A DNA stretch of 48,090 nucleotides from Pyrinomonadaceae bacterium (GCA_035494575.1 DATJGV010000220.1:1-48090); one strand, 5' to 3'; shown: positions 36,837 through 45,848, numbered from the stretch's first letter. Notes: generated by a model not told the origin, from the letters alone. Numbers and translations: made by a program.

Positions 36837-37268
36837 ATGAGTGACCAGCAGTTGATGACCGAGTCTGAAATTCAGGCCTTTGGCGTGGAAATAGTTTGCA
36901 GACAGCTTATTGAGGACGGATGGATGATCGCTTCCGCGGACGGATTGGCCGATAAGCTGACGCAGCCGCAGATCATCGCGCAAAAAAGCGACGAGTACGC
37001 TTTCTTCATCGTCAGAACCGACGTTTATCCGAAAAGAGGACGCTTTGACGAGGGTCAGGAAGTCTTCGAAACCCTTGTTCTTCACGCCAGGCAGCACGGC
37101 GCTTCGTGCTATTTTGCCAGCGTCGGCATCGCTAATTCAGACGGCAAAACCGAGGAGGAAATGTCCGTTCCGGTGAAAGGCGTTGCGTATAACGTCGAGT
37201 TCAACGGGCTGGTCAAAATGGAACTTGCGCCCGAAAATTTGGCCAGTGCAACGGGTCAAACGAATTGA
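36837..37268 (+). CDS. Hypothetical protein (143 aa)
   Basis: Clean ORF with no overlap and no motif I can name. It is weakly reminiscent of a nuclease-like alpha/beta core (FGVEIVCRQLIEDGW..PQIIAQKSDEYAFFIVRT) but lacks an obvious catalytic triad. Confidence 0.45.
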   Translation: MSDQQLMTESEIQAFGVEIVCRQLIEDGWMIASADGLADKLTQPQIIAQKSDEYAFFIVRTDVYPKRGRFDEGQEVFETLVLHARQHGASCYFASVGIANSDGKTEEEMSVPVKGVAYNVEFNGLVKMELAPENLASATGQTN

Positions 37269-37327
37269 AAAATCCTGAGCTCTCCCGCGATCTGACGCAT
37301 CATAGATAAAAAAGGAGAAATGCATTT

Positions 37328-38038
37328 ATGAATATTCGAATGATGAAAATTACGCTTGTCCTTTGCGCCGTTGTCTCGTTGCTCAACATTTCCGCGTTCG
37401 CACAAAAAGACAGGGGCAAGGAACTGCGTGACGCCGTGAAAACTTCGCAAAAAGCGACAAAGACACTGAATGAGATCATGCAGATCTCGGACAAATCGAT
37501 CCCGCGCGATCTGTTAGATCGGGCCAAGGCCGTTGCGGTATTCCCGAGCGTGCTCAAAGCGGCATTTATCATCGGCGGCCACGGTGGAAAAGGCGTTATC
37601 AGCCGGCGGCTTCCGAGCGGCTGGGGCGCGCCGGCGTTCTTTAAGATAAGCGGAGGCAGTTTGGGATTTCAGATCGGGGCTTCATCGTCAGACGTTGTGA
37701 TGCTTTTTATGACAGAAGACAGCCTGAAAAACCTCCTTGAGGACAAATTCGAAATCGGCGGCGAAGCGGCTGCTGCGGCCGGCCCGATCGGACGAACGGC
37801 AAAGGCAACGACGGACGCACAGCTTCAGGCAGCGATTCTCTCCTACTCTCGCAGTAAAGGTCTTTTTGCCGGCCTTTCGCTCACCGGCGCCGTCATCAGC
37901 GCGGACAACGACGCCAATCAGGCAGTTTATTCGCTTGATGCGAAAGACTTGCTGACGGGTGCAAACAAGGTCGCTCTCGCTGACATCCCGCCCGCCACAA
38001 AGAACTTTCAGGAAGCTCTGACAAACTACACTCATTAA
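37328..38038 (+). CDS. SYLF/Ysc84 (DUF500) lipid-binding domain protein, exported
   Basis: AGGAG lies 10 nt upstream. Signal peptide MKITLVLCAVVSLLNISAFAQ. Motifs AVAVFPSVLKAAFIIGGHGGKGV, GGSLGFQIGA, FEIGGEAAAAAGPIGR. Confidence 0.8.
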   Translation: MNIRMMKITLVLCAVVSLLNISAFAQKDRGKELRDAVKTSQKATKTLNEIMQISDKSIPRDLLDRAKAVAVFPSVLKAAFIIGGHGGKGVISRRLPSGWGAPAFFKISGGSLGFQIGASSSDVVMLFMTEDSLKNLLEDKFEIGGEAAAAAGPIGRTAKATTDAQLQAAILSYSRSKGLFAGLSLTGAVISADNDANQAVYSLDAKDLLTGANKVALADIPPATKNFQEALTNYTH

Positions 38039-38061
38039 CTTCCCGCCAAGATCAGATGAAT

Positions 38062-38114
38062 AAAGGGGACGGCTGATGAATTCTCTTCAAAAAACCCAGC
38101 CGTCCCCTTTTTAT
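38062..38114 (+). terminator. Rho-independent terminator after the SYLF gene
   Basis: AAAGGGGACGGCTG (38062..38075) pairs with CAGCCGTCCCCTTT (38097..38110), then TTAT. Confidence 0.7.
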
Positions 38115-38225
38115 CCACGCACCTAAGGCATGGAATGCGATGATTTATTTGCTTTTTCTGGAAAAAAGTTTCAATCGGGTACGATTTCCGCAGAATTTTA
38201 ATAATTTTCTTTCTATAATGTCGCA

Positions 38226-38804
38226 ATGAACAAAACCCGGCTCGAAGCCTTCAGCGACGGCGTAATCGCGATCCTGATCACGATCATGGTGTTGGAATTG
38301 AGAATCCCGCATGGTGATGATCTCGAAGCTCTTAGCCCCTTGCTGCCCGTTTTTCTGACCTACATTCTCAGTTTTATTTACCTGGGTATTTATTGGAACA
38401 ATCATCACCACATGCTCCAGGCGACACGTGAGATAAACGGCGGGATAATGTGGGCGAACCTTCACCTTTTGTTCTGGCTGTCACTTGTACCGTTTGTTAC
38501 CGGCTGGATGGGTGAGAATCATTTCGCACCGCTGCCGACGGCCGTTTATGGGGTTGTCATGCTGTGCGCAGCCATTGCTTACATTATTCTTCAAACATTG
38601 ATCGTCGCACACCACCATGGCGAGAACATTAAGCTGAAAGAAGCGGTCGGCAGCGACCTGAAAGGAAAGATCTCACCGATCTTATACGCCGCTGCGATCC
38701 CCATAGCCTTTTATAACCAATGGATCTCTGACGCGATTTACGTTTTTGTGGCGGGCATGTGGTTAGTTCCGGATAGGAGAATTGAAAAGAAGTTGAATAA
38801 ATAA
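38226..38804 (+). CDS. TMEM175-family (DUF1211) potassium-channel homologue
   Basis: Signature RLEAFSDGVIAILITIMVLEL at the N-terminus, followed by six hydrophobic helices. Confidence 0.85.
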   Translation: MNKTRLEAFSDGVIAILITIMVLELRIPHGDDLEALSPLLPVFLTYILSFIYLGIYWNNHHHMLQATREINGGIMWANLHLLFWLSLVPFVTGWMGENHFAPLPTAVYGVVMLCAAIAYIILQTLIVAHHHGENIKLKEAVGSDLKGKISPILYAAAIPIAFYNQWISDAIYVFVAGMWLVPDRRIEKKLNK

Positions 38805-38871
38805 TGGCCGCCTCCAGCCATAGCCGGAAGCAATTTAAATAAAAAACAATTGCAGCTCGGCACAGCTCAGC

Positions 38872-39246
38872 TCAGTTAGCCAACAACCATTTTTCAGCAT
38901 CGTTCACATTCTGAAAAACCTGCATCATAATGTCTCGGTTTCGGGCTAGTTTTTTGCCCAGCGAGTTGATCTCGTCATTGCCCCAACGGTCGAGGAACGC
39001 TATTCGGCGTGTTGGGAGCAGCTTTCCTAGGTGGCTGCCCATTTGGATCATTTCAGCCGGCCCAACCGATTCCTCGAAATTTTTCTCGATCAAGATCTTC
39101 ATTTTTTCGAGTTCGAAACACTTGCCCGCGATCTCGTCCCAGTAGGAAGCAGCGATCAACGCGGTCAATTTTTCACCGCCCACGAGAACGTACAGATATT
39201 CGCCGCGATCTTCGATTTTTATGTCGTATGGTTTAATCGGTTCCAT
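38872..39246 (-). CDS. Hypothetical protein, possibly STAS/SpoIIAA-like fold
   Basis: 124 aa. The pattern (..YLYVLVGGEKLT.., ..RIAFLDRWGNDE.., ..FQNVNDAEKWL) resembles SpoIIAA-like DUF proteins. This is recognition only. Confidence 0.4.
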   Translation of the reverse strand: MEPIKPYDIKIEDRGEYLYVLVGGEKLTALIAASYWDEIAGKCFELEKMKILIEKNFEESVGPAEMIQMGSHLGKLLPTRRIAFLDRWGNDEINSLGKKLARNRDIMMQVFQNVNDAEKWLLAN

Positions 39247-39565
39247 AAAATGTCTCGAAATACTGCCTTCTGTTGCCTGGTTTTTTTGGGTTTAACTAAG
39301 ATACAACAAAATGGCGAAAATGTTGAGAGTTTTTTGAACAGCCAGTAAGCAAATTTATCGTGTCCGAAACCTTCTGCAAGGAAGCGAAGTTGAAAGTTCG
39401 CAACACGACATAAATCTCAGACTGGAGAGATCTATCTATTGTTTGCCACAAGCGTGTGGTTTATAATTTTCATATTGCCACGAGGAAGGAGGCTGTTTTT
39501 CCGATATACGGGAATGCTTCCGGCTTTTTGACAAAATCCAGGAATGAACAGAGGGAGATCCTAAA

Positions 39566-39712
39566 ATGGCAGACGATAATAAATGCGCGCATCCCGCATG
39601 CAACTGCGCGGTTGGCGACGATGCGGAATACTGCAGCGATCATTGCAAGAACGCGGAAGACCAGGACATTGTGGAAATAAATTGCGATTGCGGGCACGAT
39701 GCCTGCGAATAG
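39566..39712 (+). CDS. Unannotated 48-aa Cys/His-rich protein (bacterial metallothionein-like)
   Basis: Below the 60-aa cutoff of the ORF track. ATG at 39566 is preceded by GAGGGAG. Translation: MADDNKCAHPACNCAVGDDAEYCSDHCKNAEDQDIVEINCDCGHDACE (8 Cys, 3 His; CxHxxCxC..CxxHC..CxCxHxxC). It is followed by a strong terminator. Confidence 0.65.
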   Translation: MADDNKCAHPACNCAVGDDAEYCSDHCKNAEDQDIVEINCDCGHDACE

Positions 39713-39735
39713 AGACACCTGGGAATGAGATATGT

Positions 39736-39769
39736 AAAAAGGCTTCGCTGGTTATCGCGAAGCCTTTTT
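39736..39769. terminator. Bidirectional terminator between the metallothionein-like gene and the GlsB-family gene
   Basis: AAAAA-GGCTTCGC, loop TGGTTATC, GCGAAGCC-TTTTT. Confidence 0.75.
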
Positions 39770-39776
39770 CTAAAAA

Positions 39777-40055
39777 CTAAACTGAGGTGTTGGTGCGACC
39801 GCCAAAGATCAGCCGTACGATCAACAAAAGTATGATCGCACCGAGTATCGACATTATCCACCCAGCCGTGTAGTTTTCGCTGGCCCACAAAGCTCGGGCA
39901 ATGACACCGCCTATGAAGGCTCCGGCTATTCCGAGCAGCGCCGTCAGCAGCCAGCCTAATGCTCCCTCTGGTAAGGCTTCTTTCCCCGGCAATAATAATC
40001 TCGCAATAACTCCGACAATCAAACCAACGATTAGCTGTCCCAAAATGTGAAACAT
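39777..40055 (-). CDS. GlsB/YeaQ/YmgE-family stress membrane protein
   Basis: 92 aa with three Gly-rich TM helices (LIVGLIVGVIARLLLPG, LLTALLGIAGAFIGGVIA, ILGAIILLLIV). GGAGA RBS present. Confidence 0.85.
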   Translation of the reverse strand: MFHILGQLIVGLIVGVIARLLLPGKEALPEGALGWLLTALLGIAGAFIGGVIARALWASENYTAGWIMSILGAIILLLIVRLIFGGRTNTSV

Positions 40056-40131
40056 AATTTTCTCCTTCTGGTATTTGATCTCAAAGCCGAATACCTATGT
40101 TTTACTCCTGATCGCCGTTTATTACAAGCCT

Positions 40132-40647
40132 CTAGACCTCGACCTTTCTATGAGCAACGATCCGCAGGAGCCCGTTGATGATAAGGTGAAGGATCATATA
40201 AGCGACAATGGCGACAATTATCGGCAAAGCCAGTGTGAAGCCGTTGTCCGACGGGCTTGGCACAATTCCTCTGAACGGGCCGTAAAACGGATTCGAGATC
40301 GTGTTTATGAACCGCACAAAGCCGGCGCTTTCGCGGGCTCCGAACAGTTCCAACAGCAACCGGATAGCGAGGATCGCGTAGATTATCATAAAAATGTAAT
40401 CGACGATTTGCGACACCCTCGCCGCGGCTCGTCCACGTTCGATCTCCCGCTCGGTTTGAGCAACCTCGCCCAGGGCTTTTTCTCTCATTCCCGCGGCAAC
40501 GTCCTCAACGTAGTTTTCCTGCGATGCCGTGCGTTGATCTGCGTTCGCAATAATATCGCCGCGAACACCCGACTCGACGTTGGATTTCACCGTCTCGTAA
40601 TTTGCGGCGCGCTGAGCTTCTTCGCGTTCGAGTTTGTCGTCAACCAT
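40132..40647 (-). CDS. YggT-family membrane protein with an ~85-aa charged N-terminal extension
   Basis: The C-terminal half reads IVDYIFMIIYAILAIRLLLELFGA..FINTISNPFYGPFRGIVP..LALPIIVAIVAYMILHLIINGL (YggT-like). Its ATG overlaps the upstream stop by 8 nt. Confidence 0.7.
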   Translation of the reverse strand: MVDDKLEREEAQRAANYETVKSNVESGVRGDIIANADQRTASQENYVEDVAAGMREKALGEVAQTEREIERGRAAARVSQIVDYIFMIIYAILAIRLLLELFGARESAGFVRFINTISNPFYGPFRGIVPSPSDNGFTLALPIIVAIVAYMILHLIINGLLRIVAHRKVEV

Positions 40648-40939
40648 TTACGTTTGCCGCTCCTTTTTTATCGTTCTTCGTTTCTTCGCGTCCATGTGCC
40701 GTGTCTTTATGTTCAGGAGCTCCGGCAATGTCACGCTGATTCGGATCGCCCTTGGTCTCGTCCCCGCGAAGCGTTTGCCTTAAAACGCCGTTCGGGTCAC
40801 GATTGCTTGCCTCGTCGGTGATGTCCTCGATGTCTTCCTTGGTCAATCCCTGCGGATTTCCTTCAAGCTGTTCCTCGCTCAGCCCTTCGCGCTCTTCCTG
40901 ATACGGTGGCTGGTAGTCCTTCACTTTTTTCTCCTGCAT
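40640..40939 (-). CDS. Highly charged, probably disordered hydrophilin-like protein (99 aa)
   Basis: The track start at 40993 is GTG. The ATG at 40939 sits just after GGAGGGGAG. The sequence is dominated by E/D/K/Q/G/N (MQEKKVKDYQPPYQEEREGLSEEQLEG..) and has no hydrophobic core. Confidence 0.55.
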   Translation of the reverse strand: MQEKKVKDYQPPYQEEREGLSEEQLEGNPQGLTKEDIEDITDEASNRDPNGVLRQTLRGDETKGDPNQRDIAGAPEHKDTAHGREETKNDKKGAANVNG

Positions 40940-41008
40940 GCTCCCCTCCATTCGTTTTGGGAGAAAAAGATCAGTGGGCCACCTTGGACCCACCGATCTG
41001 GTTATTGA

Positions 41009-42988
41009 TCAAGGTACGTAGCCAACATTATTTGGCGACGTCGCCGTTATCGTAAATGTCGAGCCGTTTGAAAGCTCGATATTGTCGCGACCCTGTATCA
41101 GGACACTGCCGGCGCCTGCTCCGGCTCCGACCGCAGCTCCGATCGCGGCACCTTGTCCGCCGCCGGCGATCGCACCGATGATCGCACCGACCGCGGCGCC
41201 GATACCTGCCCGTGTCGCTGTCGTCGTGGTTTGATTGCTGTCACGAATCGCTCCTTCATTATTTATCGAAACGTTGTCTCCATTCAGCGGATGCACCGCG
41301 TCGATCAATCCGGCAAAGCGGTAGGTTTGTCCATTGGTGAGCCGGATCGTATCGAAATCAAGCGAAACGTTTGCTCGTCCCGTCAATCGTCCCGATCTCT
41401 CGACGCTTGCAACACGGCCCTCTATGATCGCCCCGCGATACTGAAAGGGCGACGTAACGTTCATCGTGAAACGGTCGCCAACCTGCGAGGTGCGAGTGTC
41501 GATGTTGTTTCTCAACGTCGCTTCGATACGTGTGCCGTTCGGGATGTAGAAATCATAATTTCCGCCGGTGTTACTTCCCGGATAGTTCCCGTTATTAACG
41601 TTTGACCATCTCGCAACACTGTCGATCTTGTCATAAACACTGTTTACGGTGATGGTCTCGTTGCGATTTTCGAGAAAGATGCGGCGCGAAACGCGAAGCC
41701 TATTGTCCCCGGTCGTTTCGAAATTGACGTTAAATTCGTTACCACGGTCGCCCTGGTAATTGACCTCGATGCCGTTATTGTCGGTCGTGGCCGTCGTTCG
41801 TGTCGTCCGTCCGCGATTGTTCGTCTCGGTGCGGGTGACGCCGTCAGCCTGAAAAGTAACTTGGCGCGAAAGACTCGACGCCATGGTTACCGAACGGCCG
41901 TTCTTTTCAATGGCGATCATATCCGGCGGAGTTAAACGCCGCTCGAGATTTCGCCGTGCGTTATCACGCTGCGTACCTGTCGGATAGATGTTGATCGATC
42001 TGTCAATGACATTTTCAACCCGGTCGCTCGCCGAGGTATCCAATCGATAGGTTCCCGTTAATCTGGCATCCAGACTCCCGCCCGGATAGTTGCCCGGATA
42101 ACCACCCGGATAGCCTCCGGTTCCCGGATACGGCGGGAGAGTACGATTCCAGTTCCAGCTGACGCTGTAGAGATTTGCAAGTGTGTCCAGATCGTTTCGC
42201 AGCCCGGTCCATTCATTCTCAGCCCGAGTAGCAAGCCTGTTTCTTGCCATGAACCGGTCGATGTAAGCGGCCTGTGTTAAAACGGCATTGACGTCGTCGT
42301 AAACCGGCTGCCTGGCGTCGAATTCCGTTCTTAGCCGATCGGTCGCGGTTTCAAAGCCATCGATATATGCGAACACGTTGTCTTCGCGCTGCGTATTGTT
42401 CAGTCTGCTGCGGTCAAGCGCAGTGTTCATTTCGTTCTTGAACCTATCGGTTCTGGCTTCGATCTGACGAATCACATTTCGGGCCTGAACCTCATTTACG
42501 TTTCCCGGATAACCCGGCGTCGGATTTGTCGGATACTGGTTCCAGTTCCAACTCACATCGTAGTAACGCGCCAGAGTATTAAGATCGGTACGGATACTGA
42601 TCCACTGATTCTCGGCGCTGGTTCCCAGGCTATTCTGCTCCATGAACTGGTTAATATTACTCGCGCGGGCCAGCACGTCGTTCACTTCGTTAGTAACCGG
42701 CTGGCGTGAGTTGATCCGGCGAAGCAGAGCGCCTGTCGAATTTTCAAAATCGAGAATGTACCCCCGCACGGTATCCTCCGTGCTGCTGTTATTCCATCGG
42801 CCTGTGTTCAGCACGCCATTCATGGTGCTCTGAAAACGGTTGGTCTTCATCTCGATTCTGGTAAGCAGGTTCCTGGTTTGCGTGTCGGTGACCCGATACG
42901 GCGAAACCTGCGCGTTTGTCACTGCGGCGCTGCTTAAAACAAACAGCGCGCAGGCAAACAGTAAGAGTATTTTGATAGGCCTTTTCAT
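41009..42988 (-). CDS. Secreted protein with two tandem ~150-aa helical repeats, a beta-rich middle and a C-terminal glycine zipper
   Basis: ATG at 42988 lies after GAGGAG and gives signal [27 protein letters not shown]. Repeats 1 and 2 both end in ..[12 protein letters not shown] / ..[12 protein letters not shown] followed by GYPG-rich linkers. C-terminal zipper: [34 protein letters not shown]. Confidence 0.75.
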   Translation of the reverse strand: MKRPIKILLLFACALFVLSSAAVTNAQVSPYRVTDTQTRNLLTRIEMKTNRFQSTMNGVLNTGRWNNSSTEDTVRGYILDFENSTGALLRRINSRQPVTNEVNDVLARASNINQFMEQNSLGTSAENQWISIRTDLNTLARYYDVSWNWNQYPTNPTPGYPGNVNEVQARNVIRQIEARTDRFKNEMNTALDRSRLNNTQREDNVFAYIDGFETATDRLRTEFDARQPVYDDVNAVLTQAAYIDRFMARNRLATRAENEWTGLRNDLDTLANLYSVSWNWNRTLPPYPGTGGYPGGYPGNYPGGSLDARLTGTYRLDTSASDRVENVIDRSINIYPTGTQRDNARRNLERRLTPPDMIAIEKNGRSVTMASSLSRQVTFQADGVTRTETNNRGRTTRTTATTDNNGIEVNYQGDRGNEFNVNFETTGDNRLRVSRRIFLENRNETITVNSVYDKIDSVARWSNVNNGNYPGSNTGGNYDFYIPNGTRIEATLRNNIDTRTSQVGDRFTMNVTSPFQYRGAIIEGRVASVERSGRLTGRANVSLDFDTIRLTNGQTYRFAGLIDAVHPLNGDNVSINNEGAIRDSNQTTTTATRAGIGAAVGAIIGAIAGGGQGAAIGAAVGAGAGAGSVLIQGRDNIELSNGSTFTITATSPNNVGYVP

Positions 42989-43071
42989 AACGTTTCTCCT
43001 CAATCTAGTTAGAATGTGCGCGTAGGTCGTAACCGGGTAGAGAACGCGCACGAAATACATGGAAAGAGTTC

Positions 43072-43086
43072 GCAAAAGTTATGCCA
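43072..43086 (-). promoter_or_regulatory. Sigma-54 (-24/-12) promoter for the 41009..42988 operon
   Basis: The reverse strand reads TGGCATAACTTTTGC, matching TGGCAY-N5-TTGC with correct GG-N10-GC spacing. It lies ~85 nt upstream of ATG 42988. Confidence 0.6.
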
Positions 43087-43226
43087 GTCGATTTTTGAGT
43101 GCCAGGAAGTATTGTGATCACAGGCTTTGTAACGATGTTTGGATTTGAAAGCTAATCAAAGGCGGATTGAAAACCTGTACCGAATTGATGCAGAAAACGA
43201 CAGATCAGGGTGAGAGCTTCGGGAAA

Positions 43227-43242
43227 TGGCATCGGAATTGCA
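43227..43242 (+). promoter_or_regulatory. Sigma-54 (-24/-12) promoter for the 56-aa membrane peptide gene
   Basis: TGGCATCGGAATTGCA is a full consensus match and ends 48 nt upstream of ATG 43290. Confidence 0.65.
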
Positions 43243-43289
43243 CGGGAGCTTCTCGTAGTTCTTATAAATAATTTTCAGGAGAATATTTT

Positions 43290-43460
43290 ATGTCAGAGGA
43301 AAATAATACGGGTAACAATCTAATATGGGCGATCACGACGATCATCATCGTGGTGATCATCGCGGGAGCGTTGTATTACAGCGGATTTTTAGGAGGTACG
43401 AAGAGGCAGAAGATCGACATAAACGTTAAAACTCCAGCGGCGTCCAACTCAAATCCGTAA
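43290..43460 (+). CDS. Unannotated 56-aa single-pass membrane peptide
   Basis: Below the track cutoff. AGGAG at 43277..43281 lies 8 nt before the ATG. Translation: MSEENNTGNNLIWAITTIIIVVIIAGALYYSGFLGGTKRQKIDINVKTPAASNSNP. A hairpin terminator follows. Confidence 0.55.
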   Translation: MSEENNTGNNLIWAITTIIIVVIIAGALYYSGFLGGTKRQKIDINVKTPAASNSNP

Positions 43461-43478
43461 CGCCGCAACAGATCATGT

Positions 43479-43512
43479 AAGGCCGACGGGTTTGCTAGTC
43501 GGCCTTTTCTTC
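43479..43512 (+). terminator. Terminator hairpin for the small peptide gene, overlapping the stop codon of the convergent activator gene
   Basis: AAGGCCGAC (43479..43487) pairs with GTCGGCCTT (43498..43506), followed by TTCTTC. Confidence 0.55.
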
Positions 43513-45024
43513 TATCTTGTGGCGTTTGATCATGCCGTACAATCGCGGCCTGTACAGACCGAGGAGATTTGCGGCCGCCTGCTTATTACCTTTCGTTCGC
43601 CGCAAAGCCGCGGTCACAACTCCATTTTCAAGCTCATTAAATATATCCTTCTGGTCGACACCGTCTTCAGGTTCCGGAAGTTTATCGACGATAAGTTTAC
43701 CGATCTCCTGAAAAAGGTCCTTGCTATCACCGTTTTGTCCGACCGAAATATCAAGATCGGGCAGCGGTGTCCGCTCCGTTTCATAGCTTGGCAAATACGT
43801 TCCCATCGACGGCGTCGTTACAGTCTCGGGTTGTTGCCCGCCGGCGCCGACTGCCACAGCCGCACTTCTCGCTATATCGAGTTTTTCGATCTTTCGATTC
43901 TTGCTAAGCAGAACTGCACGTTCGATCACGTGTTGCAATTCGCGAACATTTCCACGCCAGTTATAATTCAGCATCTGATCGTACGCAGATTGCGAAAATT
44001 CCAGATCCTTTCTCTTATATTTGTCCGCGTAGATGTGCAGAAAATGCTCCGCAAGCATCGAAACATCCTCCATCCGCTCGCGAAGAGGAGGGATCATTAT
44101 CTCGATCGTGTTGATCCTGTAATAAAGATCTTCGCGCAGGAACCCCTCCTGTATCGCCTCGAAAGGCGTACGGTTCGTGGAACAAATAAGGCGAAAGTCC
44201 GCCTCTTGAGCCTTGTCACTGCCAACACGGTAATAAGCCTTTTCCTGCAGGATCCGAAGAAGCTTAGGCTGAACGTCAACGGGCATTTCCGCGATCTCGT
44301 CCAGGAGTAAGCTGCCCGCTGCCGCCTGGCCGATGAAGCCGACCTTATCGGCGTGTGCGCCGGTGAACGATCCTTTCACGTGGCCGAACAACTGCGATTC
44401 GATAAGGTCCTTTGGCAATGCGGAACAGTTCACCTTTACAAACGGCTTATTCGATCTGCGGCTCTTATAGTGGATAGCATTCGCGATCACTTCCTTACCT
44501 GTACCCGATTCGCCCAGGATGAGAATATTCGCATCCGATTCGGCTACGTTCTCGATGATCTCGTAGATCTGCTGCATCGAACGGCTGCCGCCGATGATGC
44601 CTTCGTAAGAGGTCTTGCTTGACAGCTTGCCGCGGAGTTCCTGAATTTCCCGCGCCTGCTGCTTACGCTCCACTGCTTTCGTAATAAGCACCAGGAGTTC
44701 GTCGAATTCGACAGGCTTTTCGATGTAATAAAATGCTCCGGCCTTGGTCGCCTCGATGGCTTTTTCCATCGAACCAAAGCCGGTGATCATAATGATCTCG
44801 GTTTGCGGCGCGATCTCCTTCGACCGCTTGACCATCTCGATACCGCTTATGTCCGGTAAATTAAGGTCAGTTAAAATAATGTCAAAATCGTTTTCGCGGA
44901 CGAGTTCGAGTCCCTTTGTGCCGCGCTCTGCCGTCACGGTCTCAAAGCCTTCGGACTGTAACTGGAAAGAGAGGAGTTCCAAGGTTACCTTATCGTCGTC
45001 CACAACTAATGCTTTATTAGCCAT
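43495..45024 (-). CDS. Sigma-54-dependent response regulator (NtrC family bacterial enhancer-binding protein)
   Basis: REC domain (LVVDDD.., DIILTDLNLPD), AAA+ domain (GESGTGKE, GSFTGA as the GAFTGA variant, ELFGH-like QLFGHVKG) and a C-terminal Fis-type HTH (NKQAAANLLGLYRPRLYGMIKRH). Confidence 0.93.
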   Translation of the reverse strand: MANKALVVDDDKVTLELLSFQLQSEGFETVTAERGTKGLELVRENDFDIILTDLNLPDISGIEMVKRSKEIAPQTEIIMITGFGSMEKAIEATKAGAFYYIEKPVEFDELLVLITKAVERKQQAREIQELRGKLSSKTSYEGIIGGSRSMQQIYEIIENVAESDANILILGESGTGKEVIANAIHYKSRRSNKPFVKVNCSALPKDLIESQLFGHVKGSFTGAHADKVGFIGQAAAGSLLLDEIAEMPVDVQPKLLRILQEKAYYRVGSDKAQEADFRLICSTNRTPFEAIQEGFLREDLYYRINTIEIMIPPLRERMEDVSMLAEHFLHIYADKYKRKDLEFSQSAYDQMLNYNWRGNVRELQHVIERAVLLSKNRKIEKLDIARSAAVAVGAGGQQPETVTTPSMGTYLPSYETERTPLPDLDISVGQNGDSKDLFQEIGKLIVDKLPEPEDGVDQKDIFNELENGVVTAALRRTKGNKQAAANLLGLYRPRLYGMIKRHKIEEKAD

Positions 45025-45277
45025 AAATTCCTCTGAGGGTCACTTATCGTTATTGTTTATATTGTATCAAATCTGGACACTTTCTGAACTACGTTTTAGA
45101 GAGGTATCGAAGCAGGAACCTGACGTGAAGAGGCTCGTCCCCTTTATCTTACCTCTTCACGCCAGCCACGCTCCCCGGATCCCCATCTGTAGTCGTCTGG
45201 CCACCGGTGAGCAAAACCGTAACTCAAAACCTTCGCAGCAAAGCTAAACCGCAATTCAAAGATTGCTTTTAAGCAAT

Positions 45278-45293
45278 GGCAAAGGCCGTGCCA
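45278..45293 (-). promoter_or_regulatory. Sigma-54 (-24/-12) promoter upstream of the activator gene itself
   Basis: The reverse strand reads TGGCACGGCCTTTGCC, matching TGGCACG-N4-TTGC. It lies ~255 nt upstream of ATG 45024. Confidence 0.6.
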
Positions 45294-45585
45294 GTATCTC
45301 CATGTGTTGAGCAATAAGGGCTTAGAGGTCAAAACGCTTGAAGAGGGTGATAGCATCGATCCCGGATTGCGTATTATAACCATACACGCCGCTAAACAAG
45401 CATTTAATGCGTTGCGTCATCGTGATGGCTCGTACCGATTCAATACTTGCCTGATCGACCACGGCCCGCTGATAAATGCGTAAATAAAAGTAAAAACAAG
45501 ATTTATATACCGAGGCACGCAATTTGATATGGTTGGCTCCAGTTGCTCGACAACAATATTTTTCGAACAAGGGGGAGGAACTCAG

Positions 45586-45735
45586 ATGCTTGAAACAATA
45601 ATTGTTATTCTGCTGGTATTATGGCTGGTCGGTCTGGTTGCAGGCGAAACTTTTGGCGGTATTTTACACGTTCTGCTCGTTGCGGCTCTGATCGTCTTTT
45701 TGTTCAGATTATTAGCAGGACGACGCGTTGTATAG
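45586..45735 (+). CDS. lmo0937-family small membrane protein (49 aa)
   Basis: An internal ATG at 45586 sits behind GGGGGAGG. Translation: MLETIIVILLVLWLVGLVAGETFGGILHVLLVAALIVFLFRLLAGRRVV. Confidence 0.7.
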   Translation: MLETIIVILLVLWLVGLVAGETFGGILHVLLVAALIVFLFRLLAGRRVV

Positions 45736-45759
45736 TTAAGGCGAATAATTTCATATAGG

Positions 45760-45784
45760 CCTCGTTTCGACCCTCGAAACGGGG
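45760..45784 (+). terminator. Hairpin after the lmo0937-family gene
   Basis: CCTCGTTTCGA, loop CCC, TCGAAACGGGG. The U-tract is weak. Confidence 0.4.
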
Positions 45785-45848
45785 TCTGACTTCACGTTTA
45801 AATCGACCTCAAAAAAATGATATTCTCGAAGTAACGCAGGATCCCCTT

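Noticed and set aside
40075-40821. 248-aa + strand ORF
   Set aside because: It is antisense to the YggT-like and hydrophilin genes, which have RBS and coupling signals. It shows no motifs and a biased composition.
43492-44310. 272-aa + strand ORF (also 44744..45247)
   Set aside because: It is antisense to the NtrC-family activator, whose REC/AAA+/HTH motifs are unambiguous.
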